Numbered from the stretch's first letter, positions 52,581 to 64,000 are shown. The stretch: 64,000 bases of DNA from Candidatus Heimdallarchaeum endolithica (GCA_021513715.1 CP084167.1:992001-1056000), one strand, 5' to 3'. A program made the numbers and translations. The notes: generated by a model not told the origin, from the sequence alone.

Positions 52581-52780
52581 TGAGTGAACCCCTTTTCAAT
52601 CTGAAATGATAGAGGTTATAATAAAACTAAAATCTGGAAAAGAAACACAAACAATTCATATTTTTTTTCTTTGAATTAAAACGTTATTTTTTCCTCCAGA
52701 ATAAAAAAAACAAAATAAGATAAAATTAGATAGAGAAAGTGTAGAAAAATACTTAATAAGCTATTAAATTCTAGAGTTAG

Positions 52781-54265
52781 ATGAGAAAAATAGGGGTTAT
52801 TAACCTACAAGAAGCTTTAGATGAAGCAAGGGGGATTATAGGAGAGAATTATGACCTTTTTAAGAGGTTAGTAACTTCTTTCTCAATAACAGCAAATAAA
52901 CCTACATGGGATATTGTAATTTTTTTAATAAGCTTAAAGCTAACAAAAGACCAAGAACAATTCAAGAAATGGATGGATTTTTGGGCAAAATATTCTTCAA
53001 CAAGGAAATATAAGAACATAAGATATCACGCTCCGAGCGCATTTTCACCTTTCTACAGTGAGATAGATATTGAAAAAAAATTTACTAAAATGATGCAATA
53101 TCTATATAATAGCGAAACTGAGCTAACAGAAAGCCAAAGTTGGAAACTTTTCTTTGAACTATTCTATAAACTTAGAGCAGTAATCAAACCAAAATTCAGT
53201 AAGGTAGAATTCAAGGTCTTTTTAACAATATTAGAAAAACAAACAACTAGTCTATCTTCTCTGAATGAAAGTTTAAAAATGGCTAAGTCAAACTTATCCA
53301 ACTATTTAAAAAGAATTAGAGAAAAAAGGGTCATCTTTGAAGGATTCTTAATTAACTTAAGAAAATTTGATCTAAATATGTTTTTTTCAAGAATCAAATA
53401 TCCTTTATCATACAAAGAAAAAGTAACTAATAACGTCCCAAAAGGAAAATTCTTGAGGAGAATCTACGAAGGACATATTGGTTGCAACTACTATTTAATG
53501 AGCTATCTAGCCCCAAACATAGATAAAATTGAACAATATCTAGAAAATGATAAAAGAGTAATTTTAGACACAATTCCAAATGCAGAAATAGATATTCTAA
53601 AAAGTGATAGAAATAGCAGACTTTACTCATTTAACTATATAAACTATGATTTAAAAAAGGGAAAATGGAATTTTGATATTGATGATATAAATTATAATCT
53701 TTTCCTTTTCAAAAGTAAAAATAAAATCAAAAATAAAAGAACTATTAAGATAATAGAAAATTTCCCAATTGATGATAATAAAGAGTTGAAGTTTGATAGA
53801 GAAACGCTAAACATACTAAAGTTTTTCTATAAAAATCCACAAAAGTCAATTTCACAAATTATTCAAGAATTGGATATAAGAGAAAGTAAAATTAGAGAAG
53901 CAATAGCTAACTTTGAAAAAAAGAATATACTAAAAAGAAGAGTAAATCCAGGGTCAGTATTTGGGCTTACAAACATTATATTCTTTCTAAAAGAAAAAAA
54001 AGAAAAAATAAGAGAAATACATGAAGATCTATCGTTCTTTCCAGAAATATATAGTGAACCAATGATTAACAAAAAAACAAAACAAGAAGAACTTATGATA
54101 ATCATAAGATCACCAGAAACAATACTGTTACCAGTCCTAGATTCTATCTATAGGAAATATGAAAGAAAAATAGTAGACCTGTTTGTTATAGACCAGATGT
54201 ACTCAACTAGACAAGATCTACCACTAGAAAACTTCGACACACTGTTCAAAAAATGGGAAATATAA
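52781..54265 (+). CDS. Tandem wHTH / Lrp-AsnC-like transcriptional regulator
   Basis: Two HTH segments (SLSSLNESLKMAKSNLSNYLKRI; SISQIIQELDIRESKIREAI), each followed by a ferredoxin-like domain. Confidence 0.6.
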   Translation: MRKIGVINLQEALDEARGIIGENYDLFKRLVTSFSITANKPTWDIVIFLISLKLTKDQEQFKKWMDFWAKYSSTRKYKNIRYHAPSAFSPFYSEIDIEKKFTKMMQYLYNSETELTESQSWKLFFELFYKLRAVIKPKFSKVEFKVFLTILEKQTTSLSSLNESLKMAKSNLSNYLKRIREKRVIFEGFLINLRKFDLNMFFSRIKYPLSYKEKVTNNVPKGKFLRRIYEGHIGCNYYLMSYLAPNIDKIEQYLENDKRVILDTIPNAEIDILKSDRNSRLYSFNYINYDLKKGKWNFDIDDINYNLFLFKSKNKIKNKRTIKIIENFPIDDNKELKFDRETLNILKFFYKNPQKSISQIIQELDIRESKIREAIANFEKKNILKRRVNPGSVFGLTNIIFFLKEKKEKIREIHEDLSFFPEIYSEPMINKKTKQEELMIIIRSPETILLPVLDSIYRKYERKIVDLFVIDQMYSTRQDLPLENFDTLFKKWEI

Positions 54266-54421
54266 ATCATAATTTAAGATTTAAGTTTTCTAACCAGAAG
54301 CGGAAAATAAGACAGATTGTAATAAAAACTAGAAAAAATTATTAAAAATAGAATAGAAAATATAACTTTTTTTTGAAAATAGTAAAGTTAAATACTTTCT
54401 AAAAAAATAGTCTTATTTAAA

Positions 54422-55357
54422 GTGATTTTTTTGACACAGAATATCGAGTATATAGAAGGAATAAGAAATCAATATCAAGTAGCAAAAAGTGAATTAGAAG
54501 AAATTTTCTTTCCTACTGTAGTAACAAGATATTCAGTTATCTTGGGCTCAGGAACAACTTACCACACATATTTAATTGCAAGAAATGCGAATTTAGATTA
54601 TTATAGAATAACACTAAATGGGTTGATAGACCTAAATTTTGGCAAAAAAGTGTGTTTAACTTGTGGGAAAAAAATAAACGAAAACGAAACTAAGACATAT
54701 TGTAATAATTGCACTACTGAGGAAGAAGAAAAATACAAAAACTGTTTATTTCACTCACCTTTCAAATATTACAATAAAAAATGCACATTAGAATATCAAC
54801 CGTGCCAAGTATTAGGAAATAGAGAAAAGTGCTATTCTAAATACATCCTCTATTTTGGCAGATTCGGTGAAAAAATAAAAGTTGGAATATCGAGATTTAG
54901 TTATGGAAAATATAAATACAAAAGAATAATTGAACAAGGTCTAAATGAAGCAATAGTAGTCTATCCATTTAACTCACTCCCTGAAGTGACATTTTACGAA
55001 AGAATGTTGATCGATGAATTAGGTTTAGCAGAAAAGATTACTTTTGAGGAAAAAGTAGAAGCTTTACTTAATCCAACTTTTATTGAAATAGAAACATATT
55101 ATCCTCTAAAACAAATAAAAGAACTCTTTTACAACAAAAAATTGAAAAAAATCGATGTTTATCCTGATAACTTGCTTGAAAATGTAGTTTCATCTTCTTT
55201 TGATATAACACTAAAAAAGAACATCAAGAAATTGAGTGGGACAATAATCTTCACCCAGGGAAACGTGGGAATAATAAAAAAGACAAATGAACTAACATTT
55301 TTTGATATAAGTAAACTTGTAGGAAGAGAATTAGAAAGAAGGAATGAAGAATGGTAG
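54422..55357 (+). CDS. DUF2797-like Zn-binding protein
   Basis: CLTCG...CNNC, further Cys, then YILYFG...KVGISR...RIIEQG. Confidence 0.7.
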   Translation: MIFLTQNIEYIEGIRNQYQVAKSELEEIFFPTVVTRYSVILGSGTTYHTYLIARNANLDYYRITLNGLIDLNFGKKVCLTCGKKINENETKTYCNNCTTEEEEKYKNCLFHSPFKYYNKKCTLEYQPCQVLGNREKCYSKYILYFGRFGEKIKVGISRFSYGKYKYKRIIEQGLNEAIVVYPFNSLPEVTFYERMLIDELGLAEKITFEEKVEALLNPTFIEIETYYPLKQIKELFYNKKLKKIDVYPDNLLENVVSSSFDITLKKNIKKLSGTIIFTQGNVGIIKKTNELTFFDISKLVGRELERRNEEW

Positions 55358-56385
55358 TATTGGTCTTAACTTCTCACGGAACAAAACTAGGAAGAAAAAA
55401 AGAAATGTTCAAAATAACTAGACCAGATACAGAGTTTCAAGAAGAGCTATTTGCAGCAGAAACAGTAGAAGAAATAATAGTAGAATCTACAGGAAGTATT
55501 TCAACTGAAGCAGTAAAACTGGCTTCAAGATACGCAATACCCATTCTTTTTGTTTATGGTAATGAACCTATAGCCTGTCTGACTCCTTTTGCATCACACG
55601 GAACAGTAAGAGTAAGAAGAGCACAAATTAAAGCCTATGAAACAAAAATAGGAGTAAGATTCTGCAAAGAAATAATAAAAGCAGCAACAGATAACAAAAT
55701 TAAGATAATAAAAGAGATGGTAAGAGTAAGAAAACTAGATAAAAATATAGCAGGAACTATAAAAAATGAAATAAACAAAATGGACTATCTAAAAGCAAAA
55801 CTAAAGGAAATAAAAAAAGAAAAAATAGACGAATGTAGAGAAGAGATATTCACAAAAGAATCAGAGATAACCAAGATATATTATGGCTGCCTACAAAAAA
55901 TGCTACCAAAAGAGATAAACTTCAATGGAAGAACAAGAAGACCTCCTAAAGACCCAGTAAACGTGTTATTAAGCTATGGATATGCAGTGCTAACAGCACA
56001 AATACACAAATCAGTAATAATTGCAGGGTTAGAACCCTACGCAGGTTTTTTACATACAGATAGAGCAGGAAAAGTATCTTTTGTACTTGATCTAATAGAA
56101 ATATTCAGACAACCAGTAGTAGATAGGCTAGCGTTAACACTAATAGAAAAAAAGATGATTAAAAAAGAAGATTTCGAAAAAAGGGAAGAAAATAATGGAC
56201 TGAGAATGAAAGAAAAAACAAAAAAGAAGTTCCTAGAATACCTATTCGAAAAAATTAGAACAGAAAATGTAAACTATAAAGGAATAAAGACAAGCTACCA
56301 GAGAATATTCGTAGATCAAGCAAGGAAAGCAGGAGAGTTCTTCATAAATAAAGTAAATTATGAGCCATACTCAATAAAAAAATAA
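55351..56385 (+). CDS. cas1: Cas1
   Basis: F-x-GR-x-RRPPKDPVNVLLSYGY, GFLH, DLIE-x-FR. Confidence 0.97.
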   Translation: MVVLVLTSHGTKLGRKKEMFKITRPDTEFQEELFAAETVEEIIVESTGSISTEAVKLASRYAIPILFVYGNEPIACLTPFASHGTVRVRRAQIKAYETKIGVRFCKEIIKAATDNKIKIIKEMVRVRKLDKNIAGTIKNEINKMDYLKAKLKEIKKEKIDECREEIFTKESEITKIYYGCLQKMLPKEINFNGRTRRPPKDPVNVLLSYGYAVLTAQIHKSVIIAGLEPYAGFLHTDRAGKVSFVLDLIEIFRQPVVDRLALTLIEKKMIKKEDFEKREENNGLRMKEKTKKKFLEYLFEKIRTENVNYKGIKTSYQRIFVDQARKAGEFFINKVNYEPYSIKK

Positions 56386-56395
56386 AGGGAAAAAA

Positions 56396-56818
56396 ATGGA
56401 ATACATAATATGCTACGATATATCAAAAGATGAAATAAGAGAAAAAGTAGCAGAAATATGCCAAAATAGAGGATTTAGAAGAATACAATATTCAGTTTTT
56501 TACGGAAATGTGACAAAAAATATACTAGAAACAACAATAATGGAAATAAAAGAAAAAACAAAAGGAGAACAAGCAGAAATATTTATTGGACAAATATGTG
56601 AAAAATGCGCGAAAAATAAAATATTCTATGTGTCAGAAGAAAAAAAGAAAGAAAACAAGGCAAATGAAGAGGAAAATGAAGAAGAATTAGAACCAAAAAA
56701 AGTAGAAGAGAAAAAAAATAACAAAAACAAAAAAAGAGAAAGGAAAAGAAAAAACAAAACAAAGACTGATGTACAAACAATTATGGATACTCTAAAGAAA
56801 GGAGTAATTATACTATGA
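56396..56818 (+). CDS. cas2: Cas2 with long charged C-terminal insertion
   Basis: CYDI, RIQYSVF, CEKC. Confidence 0.93.
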   Translation: MEYIICYDISKDEIREKVAEICQNRGFRRIQYSVFYGNVTKNILETTIMEIKEKTKGEQAEIFIGQICEKCAKNKIFYVSEEKKKENKANEEENEEELEPKKVEEKKNNKNKKRERKRKNKTKTDVQTIMDTLKKGVIIL

Positions 56819-57390
56819 TCAGAGAACAAGTCAGTGAACAAGAAAAGATATGGATAAACTTTGAAGCAGTAAGACAGTTCTTTTATTGCAAAAGAAAAAT
56901 ATATTTTAGATACTGCGCAAAATTCAAAGGATACAAAAGCTATAAAATGGTTAAAGGAACAGAATACCACAACTATAAATTCAAAAGAAAAGAAAAAATA
57001 AATGAAAAAAAGAATTTCTGGGTGGAAAATGAAAAATTAAAAGTGAGAGGATTTATAGACTATATTATAAAAACAAAAGACAATGAAACAATAATAGGAG
57101 ACTATAAACAAAAATATCCATACAAAGGAAAAATACCAGAACAGTATAAAATGCAACTAGTAATAGAAGCAGTCGCTCTTCAACCAAAAGTAAATATAAA
57201 AAAAGTAGAAATAAAATTACCAAAAGGAAAAAAAATACAAGAAGAAATAAAAGAAGAGGAAATAAAAAAAGTAATAAAAGCAATAAAAGAAATAAGAAAA
57301 ATAATAAAAAAAGAAGAAATACCTGAACAAACAAAAATAAAAAGTAAATGTAAAGACTGTGAATGCAGAAATATGTGCCAACCAATGTAA
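56815..57390 (+). CDS. cas4: Cas4
   Basis: YCKRK, G-x2-D, DYK, QL, CKDCECRNMC Fe-S cluster. Confidence 0.93.
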   Translation: MIREQVSEQEKIWINFEAVRQFFYCKRKIYFRYCAKFKGYKSYKMVKGTEYHNYKFKRKEKINEKKNFWVENEKLKVRGFIDYIIKTKDNETIIGDYKQKYPYKGKIPEQYKMQLVIEAVALQPKVNIKKVEIKLPKGKKIQEEIKEEEIKKVIKAIKEIRKIIKKEEIPEQTKIKSKCKDCECRNMCQPM

Positions 57391-57591
57391 AAATCAAAAA
57401 AAAAGAAAAATTGAGGGAAAAAGATCTTTTATAAACAATTTTTTTCACAAGAGTCATTTATAAATAAAAAATTACACAAAATTTATAAAAAAAATGAATC
57501 TCTTTATAAATGAACTGACAACTTTGACAGATTCAAAAAAAGAGAAAATAAAAAAGGCTCAAAGAGCAATATTATAAAGAAATAGGTATGT
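57391..57591 (+). promoter_or_regulatory. CRISPR leader
   Basis: AT-rich non-coding 200 bp with several TTTATAAA boxes before the first repeat. Confidence 0.8.
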
Positions 57592-60500
57592 GTTGCAATT
57601 AGGATCTCAGAATAGTGAGAATTGAAATTTTCCCGTGTAAGCGTTCTAGCAACATAGAAGAAAGCTCGTTGCAATTAGGATCTCAGAATAGTGAGAATTG
57701 AAATTATAGTAACGGAATTTGAAGAAAAGACAAGGTGGTTCTAGTTGCAATTAGGATCTCAGAATAGTGAGAATTGAAATAAACCCAAGCCCGCTCTAAA
57801 CGAAACTGACAAACTCAAGAAGTTGCAATTAGGATCTCAGAATAGTGAGAATTGAAATCATTTTTAGTCCGCCCACTGTTGCTATGATTTGGAAAAGTTG
57901 TTGCAATTAGGATCTCAGAATAGTGAGAATTGAAATACCACCCAACAAATCACAATAAGTGATCTTGATATGCCAGGTTGCAATTAGGATCTCAGAATAG
58001 TGAGAATTGAAATTTTATTTTTTCTATTACAGCCATTTTTTTCACTTCCTAAGTTGCAATTAGGATCTCAGAATAGTGAGAATTGAAATTTTACTTTCAT
58101 TCTTGGTATTAACGAATATTCTAAAACCTGTTGCAATTAGGATCTCAGAATAGTGAGAATTGAAATTGACCATTTTTCTTTCAATTCATCTACTGAATTA
58201 AAAGTGTTGCAATTAGGATCTCAGAATAGTGAGAATTGAAATGAATAATAAATGGTCAAAGTATAAGTTGCTTCTTCTAATTGTTGCAATTAGGATCTCA
58301 GAATAGTGAGAATTGAAATACTGTTGCACATTTCCAGGGTAATTGATTCTTCCATAGTGTTGCAATTAGGATCTCAGAATAGTGAGAATTGAAATCAAGT
58401 CTGTTGTAGTTTTGTATAACTTGTGGAGGATAAGCGTTGCAATTAGGATCTCAGAATAGTGAGAATTGAAATCCTGTTCAAAAGTCATGATTGCTGGTGA
58501 TGGAACACAGGCGTTGCAATTAGGATCTCAGAATAGTGAGAATTGAAATACATCATTTATAAACTGTTGTATTCGCAAACATGCAAACAAGTTGCAATTA
58601 GGATCTCAGAATAGTGAGAATTGAAATTTTATTAGTTCTTCGCTCATTTTTTCTGCTATTAATCGGTTGCAATTAGGATCTCAGAATAGTGAGAATTGAA
58701 ATAATGACAGTAGAGAAGGACATCCAACCGAGCGAGGAAATAAGTTGCAATTAGGATCTCAGAATAGTGAGAATTGAAATTTATTTTTTATACCTATGAA
58801 TGCTTTAACAAGATAAACAGGTTGCAATTAGGATCTCAGAATAGTGAGAATTGAAATCCTTTTGAGGAATCTGACTTCGCTATTAACAGTCTCTAATGTT
58901 GCAATTAGGATCTCAGAATAGTGAGAATTGAAATGATAACTGCCCCTGACCAGAAAAAAGAAACCGCTTTACGTGGTGTGTTGCAATTAGGATCTCAGAA
59001 TAGTGAGAATTGAAATTTATACAAAAAGCAAATACAGGAACAAGAACAGCAGGAGAAGGTTGCAATTAGGATCTCAGAATAGTGAGAATTGAAATACTTC
59101 TGAACGGATCATTATATGCAAACCTTTACCACTGCTTGTTGCAATTAGGATCTCAGAATAGTGAGAATTGAAATCCCTTTTTACTTTTTCCTTTTCCCTT
59201 TCTTCTACTAACTCGTTGCAATTAGGATCTCAGAATAGTGAGAATTGAAATCATAAATTAGATAGAGTAACGTTAATATTACTAATCCTGTTAGTTGCAA
59301 TTAGGATCTCAGAATAGTGAGAATTGAAATTTTGATGGTTTAGACGTTATTATTTCTACTACTGGAAGTTAGTTGCAATTAGGATCTCAGAATAGTGAGA
59401 ATTGAAATTCTATTTTTTCCTTATACGCACTATAAAAAACGTAAGGTTCTGTTGCAATTAGGATCTCAGAATAGTGAGAATTGAAATGGTCTTTACCCCA
59501 TGCAAATACCCATCCCTGCAGTTCATGGTTGCAATTAGGATCTCAGAATAGTGAGAATTGAAATCAGGATAGCAAAGCCAGAGCGTTTTGAAAGAGTCGA
59601 GGAAGTTGCAATTAGGATCTCAGAATAGTGAGAATTGAAATATAAAATCAAGTGCGAATATATCAACAGAAAGAGCACCACTAACGTTGCAATTAGGATC
59701 TCAGAATAGTGAGAATTGAAATAAAACTGTATTTTTTAACAGTTCTCGGAATTTTTCTAAAAGTTGTTGCAATTAGGATCTCAGAATAGTGAGAATTGAA
59801 ATTACATTATATAGTGCTTCAGAAAATTATGAGCGATTTAAAGGTTGCAATTAGGATCTCAGAATAGTGAGAATTGAAATGCTTATACTGAAAAGAAACT
59901 TTGGCTTGCTTCTGGAAATTAGTTGCAATTAGGATCTCAGAATAGTGAGAATTGAAATTCATTTAAAACACCTTTTATAATTCTTCAATTTTAATTGTTG
60001 CAATTAGGATCTCAGAATAGTGAGAATTGAAATTTTTGAATAATTTCTGTTCCATAGGAACTGCTATATTTATGTTGCAATTAGGATCTCAGAATAGTGA
60101 GAATTGAAATTTCTTTTCTTTTGGTTCTTCTGGTTCCGGAGGAAGAACGTTGCAATTAGGATCTCAGAATAGTGAGAATTGAAATAATTTTATAACCGCT
60201 AACTCTATAGATACCTATGAATGGTGTTGCAATTAGGATCTCAGAATAGTGAGAATTGAAATTCCTCTAAATTCATCACTCTTTCAGCTAATATTCTTGT
60301 TGTTGCAATTAGGATCTCAGAATAGTGAGAATTGAAATCTTTAGTTAAATCATTATTTAAACGAGTATTTAATAAAGTTGCAATTAGGATCTCAGAATAG
60401 TGAGAATTGAAATTCAAAAGACAAATAGACTTTCTCTATTCCCTCATCATCAACTGTTGCAATTAGGATCTCAGAATAGTGAGAATTGAAATTTAGTAAT

Positions 60501-63500
60501 AGGAAGACCAGAAGTGAAAAAGATTGCTTTATGTTGCAATTAGGATCTCAGAATAGTGAGAATTGAAATTTCCTATTCCGAGACCCATAGTCCAAATTTT
60601 CTTCAAATGTTGCAATTAGGATCTCAGAATAGTGAGAATTGAAATTTGAACTATGGCGTCGGAAGGCCAATCAAGAAAGGCCTCGTTGCAATTAGGATCT
60701 CAGAATAGTGAGAATTGAAATAACATAATTTAAATTTATCACTATTAAACAGCCTTTTGTTGAGGTTGCAATTAGGATCTCAGAATAGTGAGAATTGAAA
60801 TTTCATCACAGTGTCATCTACTCTTGGGTTTCTATCTAAATCTATGTTGCAATTAGGATCTCAGAATAGTGAGAATTGAAATGCAAGAAACTCTTACGGG
60901 GGCTGGAAAGATTTCGAGAACACGTTGCAATTAGGATCTCAGAATAGTGAGAATTGAAATAACTGGGAGATTGTTCTTCCTTGAAGAACCCATTAATTAT
61001 GTTGCAATTAGGATCTCAGAATAGTGAGAATTGAAATAAAATATAAAAGTCGTTTAAATTATCCTCTTCTTCTTGTTCGTTGCAATTAGGATCTCAGAAT
61101 AGTGAGAATTGAAATACAAAATAAGCAACAGCCCCAGTTCCTCCAGCAAGCAAAAAAGTTGCAATTAGGATCTCAGAATAGTGAGAATTGAAATATTATA
61201 TCAGCTTCAAGAACAGAAACGATGAGCGTACCGGTTGCAATTAGGATCTCAGAATAGTGAGAATTGAAATTTTCTCTAAATCAATATCAGTATATAGTTC
61301 TTTAGTTATTGTTGCAATTAGGATCTCAGAATAGTGAGAATTGAAATTAGAACTTCTTACAACCATCACATTGGAGTAGTTTAGGAAGTTGCAATTAGGA
61401 TCTCAGAATAGTGAGAATTGAAATCTGTTCTATTCCAATAAACACCAAACTTATTTACTCCGTGTTGCAATTAGGATCTCAGAATAGTGAGAATTGAAAT
61501 ATTACATAGCCATATTTTTCTGCCACCTGTTTTTGTGGTGTTGCAATTAGGATCTCAGAATAGTGAGAATTGAAATTTGAATTATTATAAAAATGTTAAA
61601 AACTTTACTACCATGTTGCAATTAGGATCTCAGAATAGTGAGAATTGAAATAAATTTTCTGTTAATTCTTTATATTCTTCATACTTCATTTTGTTGCAAT
61701 TAGGATCTCAGAATAGTGAGAATTGAAATAAAGATAAATGAGTTAGTTTCATCCGAATTTCTAAAAGCGGTTGCAATTAGGATCTCAGAATAGTGAGAAT
61801 TGAAATACAGTTAAGAAAAATATTGAAACCGTATTAGCCAGAAATAATGTTGCAATTAGGATCTCAGAATAGTGAGAATTGAAATACTAGGCAATGATAA
61901 GTAGAATTCTCTAAATTTAGAGGTTGCAATTAGGATCTCAGAATAGTGAGAATTGAAATCTAAATTACGTGTTCTTGATATGAACGAGTCTTTTAAGTTG
62001 CAATTAGGATCTCAGAATAGTGAGAATTGAAATCAAAGCTTGTTTTGGGGTTTCACACCCCAAAATCTTTGAAGTTGCAATTAGGATCTCAGAATAGTGA
62101 GAATTGAAATTTTTGAATCCGAATAATGTTAGAAAACCTACCGCTACAGTGTTGCAATTAGGATCTCAGAATAGTGAGAATTGAAATCGAACTTTTCTTG
62201 AAACTTCTTATAATTATACTCTGACTTTGTTGCAATTAGGATCTCAGAATAGTGAGAATTGAAATTTTGACTTTTACCCTGTTTATCTTTTAGCCTAATT
62301 CAGAGGTTGCAATTAGGATCTCAGAATAGTGAGAATTGAAATCCTATATTTCTTTCTAAACAGCATGGATATATGTTTAATATGGCTGTTGCAATTAGGA
62401 TCTCAGAATAGTGAGAATTGAAATCGAACTTTTCTTGAAACTTCTTATAATTATACTCTGACTTTGTTGCAATTAGGATCTCAGAATAGTGAGAATTGAA
62501 ATCCTTTCTTAATTCTTGAAATTTCAGTAATATCAGTTTCTTGTTGCAATTAGGATCTCAGAATAGTGAGAATTGAAATTATTTATCGTCTACAGGACGG
62601 ACTATAATAGGTTCAATATGTTGCAATTAGGATCTCAGAATAGTGAGAATTGAAATTTCAAAGTAAAATAGTGCCAATACTAACAAAAAATAAAGGAGTT
62701 GCAATTAGGATCTCAGAATAGTGAGAATTGAAATTGTTGAGGATAAATAAAAGCGTCAATATATAAATTTTCATAGTTGCAATTAGGATCTCAGAATAGT
62801 GAGAATTGAAATGGTATTCACTTCCTGTATCCATACGCCCTTTCAACATCTATTGTTGCAATTAGGATCTCAGAATAGTGAGAATTGAAATCCCCGTCGC
62901 CGCTACAACGTAGGTTTTGATTTATCCTGTGTTGCAATTAGGATCTCAGAATAGTGAGAATTGAAATTTCGTGAATGGACCTGGTTAGATATTTGGGCTT
63001 ATATTGTTGTTGCAATTAGGATCTCAGAATAGTGAGAATTGAAATTTTGCTTTCTTATAAAGAACTCTTACAGTGTCCTCAGCAGTGTTGCAATTAGGAT
63101 CTCAGAATAGTGAGAATTGAAATCCATAACTAAAAAGTTCGACCTGAAAACAAATGTTCAAGTTGCAATTAGGATCTCAGAATAGTGAGAATTGAAATGA
63201 CTTACTAAATTTTTTACGTTCAACTTTATCCCTAAATTTGTTGCAATTAGGATCTCAGAATAGTGAGAATTGAAATTCTCTTTTGCCTCCTATTTTTCTT
63301 GTATTGTGTAAGCATCGTTGCAATTAGGATCTCAGAATAGTGAGAATTGAAATCAAATAACGTAGAGTCTTGGACTAACCTTCTCATATTCGATATGTTG
63401 CAATTAGGATCTCAGAATAGTGAGAATTGAAATACTCTCACGATTCTTGCTTATACTTAAAGCGAGAATATCTGTTGCAATTAGGATCTCAGAATAGTGA

Positions 63501-64000
63501 GAATTGAAATCTTGAACTCTATTTTATGCTCATCTTTGATTTTTTGTGCCCGTTGCAATTAGGATCTCAGAATAGTGAGAATTGAAATATACTCACGTGG
63601 GACACGCCCACGTTCGTATAATTATGATTGTTGCAATTAGGATCTCAGAATAGTGAGAATTGAAATTTCAAATCTACTCGGGCAAATTATCAGAAAATAG
63701 CGAAATTGTTGCAATTAGGATCTCAGAATAGTGAGAATTGAAATTCCATTCTTTACACCCCTAACTTGAATTCTGTTGAATTAGTTGCAATTAGGATCTC
63801 AGAATAGTGAGAATTGAAATTGTAAACTCTTTCCCTGCTGTATTAAATAATCATTCAGTGTTGCAATTAGGATCTCAGAATAGTGAGAATTGAAATTTGT
63901 TAGCACCTGTATTCACAGAAAATACATAGTCATTTACGTTGCAATTAGGATCTCAGAATAGTGAGAATTGAAATTCAGTTGTTATTTTCAATTCTCTGAG
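57592..64000 (+). CRISPR. CRISPR array, repeat GTTGCAATTAGGATCTCAGAATAGTGAGAATTGAAAT (37 bp), 83 repeats by manual count, truncated by the window end
   Basis: Identical repeats from 57592 to 63974, spacers about 37-45 bp; ATTGAAAT 3' handle gives plus orientation; internal hairpin TCTCA-GAATAG-TGAGA. Confidence 0.99.

Noticed and set aside
59175-59214. Spacer resembling the tnpB KGKGKEK-coding stretch near 15450-15485 (self-targeting)
   Set aside because: Similarity limited to low-complexity purine runs with gaps; no exact self-match to any spacer was seen by eye
62658-62849. 63-aa ORF in the array
   Set aside because: Artefact of translating repeats and spacers

Overview
AT-rich archaeal DNA (GGTG/GGAG Shine-Dalgarno sites, TATA-like promoters, PCI-, WD40- and tandem wHTH-type proteins; most consistent with an Asgard archaeon such as Heimdallarchaeia, which is inference). 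1-15 kb: surface-glycan locus (three GT4, one GT2, a polytopic membrane protein, GMD/RMD-family SDR, ColD-type 3-dehydratase, SDR) riddled with dead IS elements. 15-33 kb: truncated TnpB with a structured right-end RNA, an orphan N6-adenine DNA methyltransferase, an uncharacterised three-gene operon ending in a bactofilin-like beta-helix protein, and signalling/transport genes. 33.5-64 kb: hybrid CRISPR-Cas island with type I-B interference genes (minus strand), type III-A csm genes (plus strand), two Cas6, two CARF effectors, cas1-cas2-cas4 and an array of 83 identical 37-bp repeats running off the window. Best leads: a ~250-nt multi-hairpin non-coding RNA candidate inside the cas locus, divergent from an unknown wHTH protein; cas8b split from cas11 by a single in-frame stop; a DUF2797-like gene coupled to cas1; and the bactofilin-like operon. 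All calls are from motif recognition by eye; no searches were run.
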